DNA of 64,000 nucleotides from Candidatus Binatia bacterium (GCA_041483675.1 JBGPGE010000001.1:868-64867), one strand, 5' to 3'; positions 18,858 to 27,899 are shown, counted from the stretch's first letter. Notes: generated by a model from the sequence alone, not told the origin. Numbers and translations: made by a program.

Positions 18858-20156
18858 ATGAGCATGAAGAGAGGCTTTCAGTTAGGATTTTTCGTGATTT
18901 TGGGGCTCGTTGCGGACTTGAACGGCGGCCCGCCGGCCTTCGGCGGCGGCTACGCGGTGCCACCGCAAACCGCCAAGGCGGCCAGTCTGGCCAACGCCGT
19001 AACCGCCGGCGTGGACGATCCCTCCGCCGTTTACGCCAACCCGGCCGCCTTGAGCGTCATCGACGGCAACCAGGCGATGGGGGGAGTGACCTATATCAAC
19101 ACGCTGAGCAGCGTCGGCAACGGCGGGCGCACATCTTCCAATCAGCACGAGCACGACCTGATTCCAACGCTGTTTGCCAACTACCACATTCCCAAGACCG
19201 ACCTGACGCTCGGTCTCGGCGCCTACGCTCCCTTCGGCCTGGCGACCACTTACGACCGCGACGCCTTTACCCGCTTTGCCGCCATCCGCTCAAAATTGAC
19301 AACCATGTTCATCACGCCCTCCATCGCCTGGAAACCTTCTCCCTATTTCTCGATCGGCGGCGGCGTGAGTTTCGTCCGCTCCTACGCCTATCTGTCGCGC
19401 GCCGTTTTCCTCGGGGTCGGCGAAGGGACGCTCAGGATCACCGACAAGGACGACGCCTACGGCTACAATTTCGGTATCCTGGTCAGGCCGCACGACGCCG
19501 TAAAGCTGGGCCTGACGTATAGAAGCCGGGTCGATCTCAAGTTTGATACGGCCGACACGAAGTTCCAGGACGCGCCGATCGCCGGCGGCGCGGTGTCGCG
19601 CGTACGCGCGACCGGGATTCACATCCCACTGCCGCCGGTCGTCAGCGCCGGGGTTCACTGGCAGATCAACGACGCGTGGGGCGTTGAACTGGTTTACGAC
19701 TTTACCCGCTGGAGCGAATTCGAGCGGCTGAAGGCGAACTTTGAAACGCCGTTGCCGGCGCTCGGCGGGTTCGTGCCGATCTCCGGCTTCACAATTCCCG
19801 AGAACTGGAAAGATACCAGCACGATCCGCTTCGGCGCGTCCTTCAAGGCGACGCAAAATCTCTCCTTGAGAGGCGGTTTTGCGTTGGATCAGACTCCGAT
19901 CCCCGACAGCACATCAAGCCCGTCAATTCCCGGCGCGGACTTCTTAACCGTCACCGGCGGAATCGGTTACAACTGGGGAAATCTGGGAGTTGACGTGGGC
20001 TATATGGCGGTTTTTTATAAGACGAGAAACGTAACCAACAACGTGCTCGAGACCGGAGGCAGCCCGGGCGCCCTACCTGCTCCTGGCCTTTCAGGCCGCG
20101 ACAAGTACGAGACCTTCCAGAATCTGGTCTCTATGCATCTGCGCTATCGCTTCTAA
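18858..20156 (+). CDS. FadL/TodX/OmpP1-family outer-membrane hydrophobic-compound transporter
   Basis: Signal peptide, beta-strand-rich sequence and a C-terminal RYRF aromatic terminus. N-terminal conserved region resembles FadL. It is divergent from the HTH-KAS operon. Confidence 0.7.
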   Translation: MSMKRGFQLGFFVILGLVADLNGGPPAFGGGYAVPPQTAKAASLANAVTAGVDDPSAVYANPAALSVIDGNQAMGGVTYINTLSSVGNGGRTSSNQHEHDLIPTLFANYHIPKTDLTLGLGAYAPFGLATTYDRDAFTRFAAIRSKLTTMFITPSIAWKPSPYFSIGGGVSFVRSYAYLSRAVFLGVGEGTLRITDKDDAYGYNFGILVRPHDAVKLGLTYRSRVDLKFDTADTKFQDAPIAGGAVSRVRATGIHIPLPPVVSAGVHWQINDAWGVELVYDFTRWSEFERLKANFETPLPALGGFVPISGFTIPENWKDTSTIRFGASFKATQNLSLRGGFALDQTPIPDSTSSPSIPGADFLTVTGGIGYNWGNLGVDVGYMAVFYKTRNVTNNVLETGGSPGALPAPGLSGRDKYETFQNLVSMHLRYRF

Positions 20157-20431
20157 TCAAGGGCTTGAAAAAAGTCGTATCCCTTTTCGAGTTTCCTCAT
20201 GGTTCGATTTCCCTCACCATGACCCTGAGTGTAGTCGAAGGGGTCAGGGTGGTGAGTTCATCGAACCACCGCCAGCCGGCTTGGGGGTCTCTCGTAGGGC
20301 CGACGCGTGGGACGCGGAGATACGAGCGTAGCAAAGAAATCGTCTCAGCTCCCAGGAGCAGCGTAACAATGACGTATCGCGTCGGCCCGGAGAGAGATTC
20401 CCAGGCCGGCGTGACAATCGCGCAATGCCGC

Positions 20432-22129
20432 CTACCCTTGCTTCTGGGCCTTTTCGACCTTGGCCCACGTGTCGCGCAGCGTGACGGTGCGATTGAACAC
20501 GAGTCTCCGTTCAGAGGAATCGACGGGATCGACGCAGAAGTAGCCCAGCCTTTCAAACTGATAACGATCTCCCGGCGCCGCGTCTTTCAGGCAGGGCTCG
20601 ACGCGGCACGACGCCAATGTTTCCAGCGAATTCGGATTGATGTTGCGGGTCCAATCCGCGCCCTCCTCCACGTCGTCGGGGTTCTCCGCGGCGAACAGAT
20701 GATCGTAGAGCCGAACTTCGGCCTCGATGGCGTGCGCCGCCGAGACCCAATGGAGCGTGGCTTTCACCTTGCGGCCGCTCTGAGCCGAGCCGCTCCTGGT
20801 CTCCAGGTCGTAGCTGCAGCTGAGCTCGATCACCGCTCCGCTCGTGGGATCTTTCACGACCTCGTCGCATTTGATGATATAGCCGTAGCGCAGCCGCACC
20901 TCGCGGCCCGGCGTGAGACGAAAAAACCCCTTGGGCGACGCTTCGCGAAAATCGTCCTGCTCGATGTAGAGCACGCGCGAGAACGGGACTTTCCGCGTGC
21001 CCATCTGCGGATCTTCGGGATTGTTCACCGCCTCGAGCTCTTCGACCTGCCCTTCCGGATAGTTGGTGATGACGACCTTGAGCGGCCTGAGCACCGCCAT
21101 GACGCGCGGCGCGCGGCGGTTCAGATCTTCGCGCGCGCAGTGTTCGAGCATCGCCACCTCGACGGTGCTGTTCCGCTTGGCCACGCCGATGCGCTCGCAA
21201 AAGACGCGGAGCGACTCCGGCGTGTAGCCGCGCCGGCGGATGCCGGCCAGCGTGGGCATCCGCGGATCGTCCCATCCGGCGACGAAGCCCTGCTGGACCA
21301 GTTGCAGGAGCTTGCGCTTGCTCAGGACCGTATGTGTCAGGTTGAGCCGGGCGAACTCGATCTGCTGCGGATGGTGGATCTTCAACTTATCGAGAAACCA
21401 GTCGTACAGCGGACGATGGTCTTCGAACTCCAGCGTGCAGATCGAGTGGGTGATCCCCTCGATCGAATCCGACTGCCCGTGGGCGAAATCGTAGGTCGGA
21501 TAGATGCGCCATTGGTCGCCGGTGCGATGGTGAGCCGCGCGCAGAATGCGGTACATCACCGGATCGCGCATATTCAAGTTCGGCGAGGCCATGTCGACTT
21601 TGGCGCGCAGCGTGCGCGAGCCGTCGGGAAACTCGCCCGCGCGCATGCGCTGGAACAGATCGAGATTTTCCTCGACCGAACGGGTGCGATACGGGCTCTC
21701 TTTTCCGACTTCGGTCAACGTGCCGCGATACTTGCGCATCTCGTCCGCGCTCAAATCGCAGACGTAGGCGTCGCCCGACTCGATCAATCGCACCGCGAAC
21801 CGGTAGAGCTGCTCGAAATAATCCGAGGCGTAAAATTCCCGGTTACCCCAGTCGAACCCCAGCCAGCGGACATCCGACTTGATCGACTCTACGTATTCGA
21901 TATCTTCCTTGCTCGGGTTGGTGTCGTCGAACCTGAGGTTACACAGCCCGCCGAACTCCGCGGCGAGGCCGAAGTTGAGACAGATCGACTTTGCGTGGCC
22001 GATATGGAGGTAGCCGTTCGGCTCCGGCGGAAAACGGGTGTGAACACGGCCGTTATTTTTGTTGTTTTGCCGGTCTTCCGTGACGATGTTTCGGATAAAA
22101 TGCGAAGGGGTGGTTGCCGTTTCGTTCAC
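20432..22129 (-). CDS. glnS: Glutaminyl-tRNA synthetase
   Basis: HIGH motif (HIGHAKS), the GlnRS-specific N terminus (FIRNIV), and 565 aa length. Confidence 0.95.
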   Translation of the reverse strand: MNETATTPSHFIRNIVTEDRQNNKNNGRVHTRFPPEPNGYLHIGHAKSICLNFGLAAEFGGLCNLRFDDTNPSKEDIEYVESIKSDVRWLGFDWGNREFYASDYFEQLYRFAVRLIESGDAYVCDLSADEMRKYRGTLTEVGKESPYRTRSVEENLDLFQRMRAGEFPDGSRTLRAKVDMASPNLNMRDPVMYRILRAAHHRTGDQWRIYPTYDFAHGQSDSIEGITHSICTLEFEDHRPLYDWFLDKLKIHHPQQIEFARLNLTHTVLSKRKLLQLVQQGFVAGWDDPRMPTLAGIRRRGYTPESLRVFCERIGVAKRNSTVEVAMLEHCAREDLNRRAPRVMAVLRPLKVVITNYPEGQVEELEAVNNPEDPQMGTRKVPFSRVLYIEQDDFREASPKGFFRLTPGREVRLRYGYIIKCDEVVKDPTSGAVIELSCSYDLETRSGSAQSGRKVKATLHWVSAAHAIEAEVRLYDHLFAAENPDDVEEGADWTRNINPNSLETLASCRVEPCLKDAAPGDRYQFERLGYFCVDPVDSSERRLVFNRTVTLRDTWAKVEKAQKQG

Positions 22130-22230
22130 GATGCTTTCTCCTCAATTTGTAGAATGTAACATATCCGGCGCTTTTTGATAACGCGCCGTTGACGCTTCTC
22201 GCGCTCCTTGTTAGGTTAGCCTGTAGTCAA

Positions 22231-22294
22231 GTCGAACACGGGGTTTGAACCCCGTGTTCGACCCAAGGGGAGAGCTACCGCTTCTCCCCTTGGG
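22231..22294. promoter_or_regulatory. Two adjacent perfect hairpins in the divergent glnS-gltX intergenic region
   Basis: GTCGAACACGGGG-TTTGAA-CCCCGTGTTCGAC (13-bp stem) and CCAAGGGGAGA-GCTACCGC-TTCTCCCCTTGG (11-bp stem). Confidence 0.5.
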
Positions 22295-22345
22295 AAACCC
22301 CATCGGCTTTGTGCCCGTCTCAAGAGGCGGGGTTTAAATTGAATC

Positions 22346-23767
22346 ATGCAGTCCATTCGCACCCGTTTCGCTCCCAGCCCGACAGGCTATCTCCACATCG
22401 GCGGCGCGCGCACCGCGCTGTTCAATTATCTCTTCGCCCGCCATCACGGCGGGAAATTCATCCTGCGCATCGAAGACACCGACCGTGAGCGCTCGACGCC
22501 CGAAGCGATCGCCGCGATCCTCGATTCGCTGAAATGGCTCGGGCTCGACTGGGACGAAGGGCCGTTCTACCAGACCGAGCGCTATCCGCTTTACAAGGAA
22601 AAAGTGCGGGAGCTGTTGGCCGCGGGCAAGGCCTACCCCTGCACCTGCGCGCCGGCGGAGTTGGAAGCGAAGCGCCAGGCGGCGCTGAAGGAAAAACGGA
22701 AACCGGCCTACGATGGAAGCTGCCGTCCGAAAGACGGGAGCATTCCTCCGCTCCCGCAAGGCAAGCCCTACACCGTCCGTTTTCTGTCGCCTAAAAGCGG
22801 AACGACGATTGTGGAAGACGGAGTAAAAGGGAATGTCGTCTTTGAAAATCGGGAGCTCGACGATTTGATCGTCGCCCGCTCCGACGGCAGCCCGACTTAC
22901 AACTTCTGCGTCGTGGTGGACGACATCGACATGGGAATCACCGACATTATTCGCGGCGACGATCATTTGTCCAATACGCCGCGCCAGATTCTCCTCTACC
23001 AGGCGCTCGGCCGCACGCCACCCCGCTTCGCTCACGTGCCGCTGATTCTCGGAACCGACAAGGCCCGGCTCAGCAAACGTCATGGCGCGACCTCCGTGAC
23101 CGCGTATCGCGACATGGGCTATTTCCCCGAGGCGCTGGTCAACTATCTGGTCCGCTTGGGTTGGTCGCACGGCGACCAGGAGATTTTTTCCCGCGACGAG
23201 CTGATCAAAAAGTTCACCCTGGAGACCGTGGGAAAATCGGCCGGCGTCTTCAATCCCGAAAAATTTCTCTGGCTCAACTCCCACTACATGAAAAACCGTC
23301 CGCTCCCCCAACTGGCCGACGAGGTTCTCCCGTTTCTCGACGCTAAAGGCTACCCGCGGCAGCCTGATCGGGAGTGGCTGGCAAAGATGATCCGCACGTT
23401 GACCGAGCGGGCCAAGACCCTCGTCGAGCTCGTCGAGATGGCCCATTTTTATCTGAGCGACGATATTCAGCTCGAAGAAAAAGCGGCCAAGAAATTCTTG
23501 ACGCCGGAAATCTCCGGGCCTTTGAACGAATTGTCCCAAAAGCTGGCCGCGCTCGACGACTTCGCCGAGCCCACGATTGAGGGGGCGTTCACCGCTATCC
23601 TTCAGGAAAAGAGCTGGTCGCTCGGGAAGCTGGCCCAGCCGGTCCGCGTCGCCCTGACGGGATCCACCACCAGCCCCGGCATCCACGAAGTGATCGCCGT
23701 GCTGGGAAAAGAGCGCACCCTGCGACGCCTCCGAGCCGCGCTGGATCACATCCATTCACCTACCTAA
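22346..23767 (+). CDS. gltX: Glutamyl-tRNA synthetase
   Basis: HIGH (HIGGAR) and KMSKS-like (RLSKR) motifs. 473 aa. Confidence 0.95.
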   Translation: MQSIRTRFAPSPTGYLHIGGARTALFNYLFARHHGGKFILRIEDTDRERSTPEAIAAILDSLKWLGLDWDEGPFYQTERYPLYKEKVRELLAAGKAYPCTCAPAELEAKRQAALKEKRKPAYDGSCRPKDGSIPPLPQGKPYTVRFLSPKSGTTIVEDGVKGNVVFENRELDDLIVARSDGSPTYNFCVVVDDIDMGITDIIRGDDHLSNTPRQILLYQALGRTPPRFAHVPLILGTDKARLSKRHGATSVTAYRDMGYFPEALVNYLVRLGWSHGDQEIFSRDELIKKFTLETVGKSAGVFNPEKFLWLNSHYMKNRPLPQLADEVLPFLDAKGYPRQPDREWLAKMIRTLTERAKTLVELVEMAHFYLSDDIQLEEKAAKKFLTPEISGPLNELSQKLAALDDFAEPTIEGAFTAILQEKSWSLGKLAQPVRVALTGSTTSPGIHEVIAVLGKERTLRRLRAALDHIHSPT

Positions 23768-23845
23768 GCCCGTAGCGGGCTACCTGTTCCGGCTGGAAGC
23801 TTTTGTCGTATCGCCGTCCTGAGATCCTGCGGAGTGCTGTTGCCC

Positions 23846-23949
23846 GCCCCTACTTCTTCGGCCAGGGGCCTTTGGCCTCGGGGAAGATGGTCGGGGAGAT
23901 GCAGAGGGGAGAAGTTCCGTAGGAGTCGGAGGGCGAGATGTCGCCGGAT
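23846..23949. repeat. 104-bp direct repeat, left copy: a truncated duplicate of the 3' end of the gene at 27029..27439 (att-like)
   Basis: About 90% identical to 27025-27128. On the minus strand it encodes SGDISPSDSYGTSPLCISPTIFPEAKGPWPKK*, preceded by an in-frame stop, so it is a remnant rather than part of a gene. Confidence 0.8.
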
Positions 23950-24335
23950 CAGCCGCGCCACCGTGTCAAGTTTATTTTGCTTCGTCGCCGCTGAAATTGG
24001 CGCGCCAACCCGATCCCAGCGCAAACCATCCACACCGCCAAGATCGGCATGAGGCCGAGACTCACACGGTCCATCCCTTCGCGGCTAAACGTCAGAACCC
24101 ACCACGCGAAAATTGGACCGGCATGGCCGTAGATCGACGGCGTCAGCGCGAATGCGAGAACACCTCTTCGCGCCACAACGCGAAGATGCTCGTTCGTGAT
24201 ACGTGCGGCGAGCTTCCGCCCAACGACCGCGATAATGATGCTCGGAGCCTACGGCCAGCATAGCGAAAAGAGCCATGACGAATATGAATTCGAATCCCTG
24301 CGGCAATATCGCCTCCGATCACCTGGGGGCTTAAG

Positions 24336-24758
24336 TCAACCGGCCTTTTGAAGACTCCACATACGATACACACAGTGAGTTTTGGCCTCGCTGCATAGAA
24401 AGACCCAAACACTGTCCTCGGAGGTGTACTGCCCGGCCGCATAACCCTCTTGTGTTTTTCGGCGAACGTAATCCTCCAGATCGAAGTAAGGACTTTTCAA
24501 GGAGGTGTAAGGCCGGAGGCGGGCTTGAAATCCCCGATGGTCTGCGAAATCAAAGTAAAACTCTCCTTCAGAAGTGTTTACGTCGAGATTGTTTTCGGTG
24601 TAAATATTCTTTGCCGACGGAGGCAGAATATCGGGAAGCCAACCTCGTTCGAACAGGCGATCTTTTCGCGCATCGTCCAACGTCGGGTAGCGATGAGAGA
24701 CGGTGTCACAACCCAAGATCGCCAAAGCGCAAAGCAGTAGGCAAATGCGCGTGATCAT
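24336..24758 (-). CDS. Hypothetical lipoprotein (islet cargo)
   Basis: Signal peptide with lipobox LAILGC. 140 aa with no recognisable family. Confidence 0.45.
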   Translation of the reverse strand: MITRICLLLCALAILGCDTVSHRYPTLDDARKDRLFERGWLPDILPPSAKNIYTENNLDVNTSEGEFYFDFADHRGFQARLRPYTSLKSPYFDLEDYVRRKTQEGYAAGQYTSEDSVWVFLCSEAKTHCVYRMWSLQKAG

Positions 24759-24815
24759 ATGCCTTCTGACCTTATGGATAAGCGACGCGTCTTCCGCGTT
24801 CGCTGCATCCTATTG

Positions 24816-25598
24816 TCAGCCATCGCCGCTCTCATCGTCGGACCTGCCGAAGAGATGCTTGAAGTACCTCTCCGGTGAATTGAGGAAATCCCGGGTGACC
24901 CGAAAGTGTTCCGTCTCGCTGTAAGCGACCTCTCCGATCGTATCCCCGTCCAGGCTGAAGAGGACGGCCGCCGGGTAGCTGAGGATGATGGGCGAATGAG
25001 TCGAAATAAGGAATTGAGCGTGGCCCGGCCTCTCCAGATCGTGGATGATTCTGAGAAAAGAAAGTTGCCGTTGGGGCGAGAGCGCCGCCTCCGGCTCGTC
25101 GAGGATGTAGATGCCGTGCTCGAAACGGTTTACGAACAGCGAAAGGAAGGACTCGCCGTGGGATTGCTCGTGGAGCGACTTACCGCCGTACGCGCGCAGA
25201 TTCGAAGCCTGCTCAATGTAAGTAGCGAAGTTATAAAAACTCTCGGCGCGCAGGAAAAAACCTTCCGTCACCTTCGGCAGCCATGAGAGCCGAAGCGCCT
25301 TTGCGAGGTCAGAGCGGTCTCCGAAGGTCGCGAAGTGATGATCGCGGTTTCCGCCCTCGGGATTGAATCCACAGCACTCCGCAATGGCTTCAAGAAGTGT
25401 GGACTTCCCGCTGCCGTTCTCGCCGACAAAGAAGGTGACGTTGCTGCGGAACCCGAGGTCGATGCCGCGCGAGAAGGCCCTGACGTTGAACGGGTATCGG
25501 GACGGATCCATCTTCTCAGGAAGACTCACGACGCGCCGGAGGAAAGGCGCCGATGTAGGTGACAACCCGGCCCGTGCCTTTCGGTTCGGCTTCATCAT
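24816..25598 (-). CDS. Stand-alone AAA/ABC-type ATPase (AAA_21-like; islet cargo)
   Basis: Walker A GENGSGKST, Walker B/D-loop ILDEPEAALS, and H-loop STHSP. 260 aa with no TM partner. Confidence 0.65.
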   Translation of the reverse strand: MMKPNRKARAGLSPTSAPFLRRVVSLPEKMDPSRYPFNVRAFSRGIDLGFRSNVTFFVGENGSGKSTLLEAIAECCGFNPEGGNRDHHFATFGDRSDLAKALRLSWLPKVTEGFFLRAESFYNFATYIEQASNLRAYGGKSLHEQSHGESFLSLFVNRFEHGIYILDEPEAALSPQRQLSFLRIIHDLERPGHAQFLISTHSPIILSYPAAVLFSLDGDTIGEVAYSETEHFRVTRDFLNSPERYFKHLFGRSDDESGDG

Positions 25599-25631
25599 AT
25601 TCCACCAGCTGAACGTTCGCGGTGAGTCGCG

Positions 25632-25916
25632 TTACTCGACTACCATATCTACCTCCACCCCATCCGCCTTGAGATAGTCGATCAGCTCTCGAAACCGTTC
25701 AAGGATCGCTCTCGCTTCATCGTACATCGCGCGAAGGCCGCAAACGCGCAGCGGGTACGGAACCTCGATCCGGTTGATTCCGCCGGTCCCGATGCTGTCG
25801 TTAAGTGCGTCAAGATTGTGGCCATGCCACTCCGGCGCGCCAACTGCCCGGAGAATCCCCTCGTAGAAATCCTCTTGAGTTTTCCAGGCGCTGCCGTCGA
25901 GCAAAATTTCACGCAT
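25632..25916 (-). CDS. Barstar-like (barnase-inhibitor family) immunity protein
   Basis: 94 aa. The HGHNLDALNDSIGTGG ... motif resembles the barstar ENLDALWDCLTG core. Confidence 0.55.
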   Translation of the reverse strand: MREILLDGSAWKTQEDFYEGILRAVGAPEWHGHNLDALNDSIGTGGINRIEVPYPLRVCGLRAMYDEARAILERFRELIDYLKADGVEVDMVVE

Positions 25917-25946
25917 TGCGGTTCCCCTACACGATATGTGCCCTGC

Positions 25947-26204
25947 TTAGGTTTGAAACTTCTCACCTTTCCAGCAGTAAATCTTCACATGTTCCAACAC
26001 CTTTCCACCTTTGTTCGTCTCTGACAGCTCAGGCCCTCCCCAAGCCGGCGTCATTAAGTGATCATGATTGAAATAACCATCTTTGGTGTGACGGACCAAG
26101 TTCGAAAGGACCGTAGAGAAGTGCTGTAACCCCGGAGCGTCGCCGTGGATTTCAAGGCACTGTTCTGCCTCGTCAAATTCAAAGCTGAGTAGAAACTCTG
26201 ACAT
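25947..26204 (-). CDS. Small hypothetical protein upstream of the barstar-like gene (possible immunity-type protein)
   Basis: 85 aa ORF, co-oriented, 31 nt upstream of the barstar-like gene. It shows no similarity to the barnase nuclease. Confidence 0.35.
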   Translation of the reverse strand: MSEFLLSFEFDEAEQCLEIHGDAPGLQHFSTVLSNLVRHTKDGYFNHDHLMTPAWGGPELSETNKGGKVLEHVKIYCWKGEKFQT

Positions 26205-26473
26205 TAGATTCCGTCTCCTTTCAGCACCTCAACTGTCGAACAGCCGTCTAACCGGCGATATCCGCCGCGGAGTATTACGAACGGCACTATGATCTGTTCG
26301 AATCACAACTCGACGCAATATCTCTCATTTACAAAAATTCTTCAAGAATTATTTTGCGGGCAAACGCGGGGCGGCCTATCCGGCTACCGACCTGCGGCCG
26401 AGATCTCGTCGAACTATACAGCCGGCACAAGGCTGCTCTATTTCGATGGCGTGGGAATGACGCTCAAGGAAAC

Positions 26474-26722
26474 CTAGGCCGTCTTGGCCAGAGGCTCCTG
26501 GTTTTGGATGGTGATCTTGGGATGTGGGTTCGCGCTAGGAATCGGGAGGCGTTGGTCCTTCAGAAGCGCGACATGCTCTTCGATTCCCCACTTTGCCTGG
26601 TACAGGCAGTCCTCGACCGAGTGACCGACGCCCGTAAATCCTTCGAGATCAGGGGAGTAGAAACCAAAGAACGTCGGATCGTCGGTCGCTTCGATGATCA
26701 ACGAATATTTCAAATCAATCAT
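26474..26722 (-). CDS. hicB: HicB-like antitoxin (UPF0150 N-terminal domain only)
   Basis: 82 aa. YSLIIE ... FFGFYSPDLEGFTGVGHSVEDCLYQAKWGIEEHV is the typical HicB N-domain. It follows hicA with an 11-nt gap. Confidence 0.7.
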   Translation of the reverse strand: MIDLKYSLIIEATDDPTFFGFYSPDLEGFTGVGHSVEDCLYQAKWGIEEHVALLKDQRLPIPSANPHPKITIQNQEPLAKTA

Positions 26723-26732
26723 ATGCCCCCTC

Positions 26733-26942
26733 TTACTTCAGCCCGGCTGCCTTGAGGATAGCGTTGCACGTCCCGGTCGGAATCTCTTTTACACCATGAT
26801 AATCGACTCGGATTAATCTGTCCACCCCCGGCTTTCCGTAATAGCGCACTGAGCCTTTCTCCTTGAGGAGCCTAAATCCGTTCTGTTCTAATAGCCTGAC
26901 AAGCTCGCTGAATCTCACGGTCGGTCCCCTCGCAGTTGTCAC
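26733..26942 (-). CDS. hicA: HicA-like mRNA interferase toxin (possibly catalytically altered)
   Basis: 69 aa. FSELVRLLEQNGFRLL ... IPTGTCNAILKAAGL matches HicA. The usual GSHH motif reads GSVRYY. Confidence 0.7.
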   Translation of the reverse strand: MTTARGPTVRFSELVRLLEQNGFRLLKEKGSVRYYGKPGVDRLIRVDYHGVKEIPTGTCNAILKAAGLK

Positions 26943-27024
26943 CGGATGTTATGCGATTTGGTAGGGCAGTGACAAGCGGAAACTTGTAAGGCGGATGGAA
27001 CGGGCGAGGGGAGCAGCCGTCGCC

Positions 27025-27128
27025 GCCCCTACTTCTTCGGCCAGTGGCCTTTGGCCTTGGGGAGGATCGTCGGAGAGATGCAGAGGGGAAAACTGCCGTA
27101 GAAATTGCTGGGAGAGATGTCGCCGGAT
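27025..27128. repeat. 104-bp direct repeat, right copy (3' end of the intact gene 27029..27439)
   Basis: Partner of 23846-23949. It encodes the native C terminus ...SGDISPSNFYGSFPLCISPTILPKAKGHWPKK*. Confidence 0.8.
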
Positions 27129-27439
27129 TGGCTGTCGGGCGTGGTGTGGACTAGCCAGCCGTCGGAGGTTCGATAGTGGCCGATGCGATCGGCGACGGCG
27201 CGGCTGTCGCGCTCGGCTTCGATCAACATCTGAATCGTCTCGTCGCCGACGCCGGCTTTTTTGAGCGCGAGCACTTCCACCACGCTGAGCGCGTATGCGG
27301 GAGCGCTCGCGAGGAAAGAAAAAATCAGCAGAGCGAAGATAGTCGGTTTTCGCGGCACGGCTTTGTTCCCGCCGTCTCGAAGCGTCCGCGAGACCGTTCT
27401 ACCCATGGCGGGCCGATTTTCTATCGAAGTCTCTCTCAA
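27029..27439 (-). CDS. Small secreted hypothetical protein; its 3' end is duplicated at the far side of the islet
   Basis: Signal peptide (IFALLIFSFLASAPAYA). 136 aa (possibly starting at the internal Met, 27406). Confidence 0.5.
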   Translation of the reverse strand: MRETSIENRPAMGRTVSRTLRDGGNKAVPRKPTIFALLIFSFLASAPAYALSVVEVLALKKAGVGDETIQMLIEAERDSRAVADRIGHYRTSDGWLVHTTPDSQSGDISPSNFYGSFPLCISPTILPKAKGHWPKK

Positions 27440-27899
27440 GCTCGGCCTGCATGCCCAGAAACTCCCGGAGCAGATCCGTCGAGGTCAGGATGCCGATCAC
27501 CCGGTCCGTTTCATCGGTTACCGCGAGGCAGTTGATCCGGTGGCGCAGCAATAGCTCCGTCGCATCGGACAGCGGCGTCGTCGTTCGGGCCGTCACGGCG
27601 CCGCGCGTCATCACATCGGCCACAGTCGTCCGCTGCCAATCGAACTTGCGCGCCAGGGCGCGCAACAGGTCGCGGTCGGAAACCACACCGACCAGCCGCC
27701 CGTCACCCTCGACCACCAGGAAGTGGCGAAACGGGCGATTGGCCATCAATCCAACGGTTTCGGCGTAGCTGTCGCGCGGCGAGAGCGTGACCACCTGGGT
27801 CGTCATGAGGTCGCCCACATACATGGGCGTCGCATGGGACTCGGCTCTTTCCAGCCGGACAACCTTCGCCCCGATCTCGGATCTCTCGGCGGTGTTCAT
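27399..27899 (-). CDS. CBS-domain pair protein
   Basis: Two CBS motifs (VVTLSP ... HFLVVEGDGRLVGVVSDRDLL; INCLAVTDETDRVIGILTSTDLL). Confidence 0.75.
   Translation of the reverse strand: MNTAERSEIGAKVVRLERAESHATPMYVGDLMTTQVVTLSPRDSYAETVGLMANRPFRHFLVVEGDGRLVGVVSDRDLLRALARKFDWQRTTVADVMTRGAVTARTTTPLSDATELLLRHRINCLAVTDETDRVIGILTSTDLLREFLGMQAELERDFDRKSARHG

Noticed and set aside
20165-22159. 664-aa plus-strand ORF covering glnS
   Set aside because: It is antisense to the clearly identifiable GlnRS (HIGH motif, correct length) and has no family resemblance. High-GC shadow ORF.
22160-22345. Possible tRNA or other small RNA gene in the glnS-gltX spacer
   Set aside because: The two hairpins cannot be arranged into a cloverleaf with acceptor, D, anticodon and T arms. 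No tRNA-like conserved bases (GTTC, etc.) are in the right places.
22334-23755. 473-aa minus-strand ORF almost exactly mirroring gltX
   Set aside because: The plus-strand frame carries the HIGH and KMSKS class-I aaRS motifs. The antisense ORF is the usual high-GC artefact (GC3-rich coding strands leave the reverse frames free of stops).
23949-24335. Hydrophobic 75-aa ORF (23949..24176) and neighbours as real genes
   Set aside because: They are short and overlapping, with no RBS or family match. They lie in the junction next to the att-like repeat, so they are more likely decayed remnants. Too weak to call a pseudogene of a specific family.
23841-27128. Tyrosine/serine recombinase (integrase) inside the repeat-bracketed islet
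   Set aside because: I read all ORFs between the repeats for R..H..R..Y or serine-recombinase motifs. None was found. The islet is therefore described as a decayed or immobilised element rather than an active mobile element.
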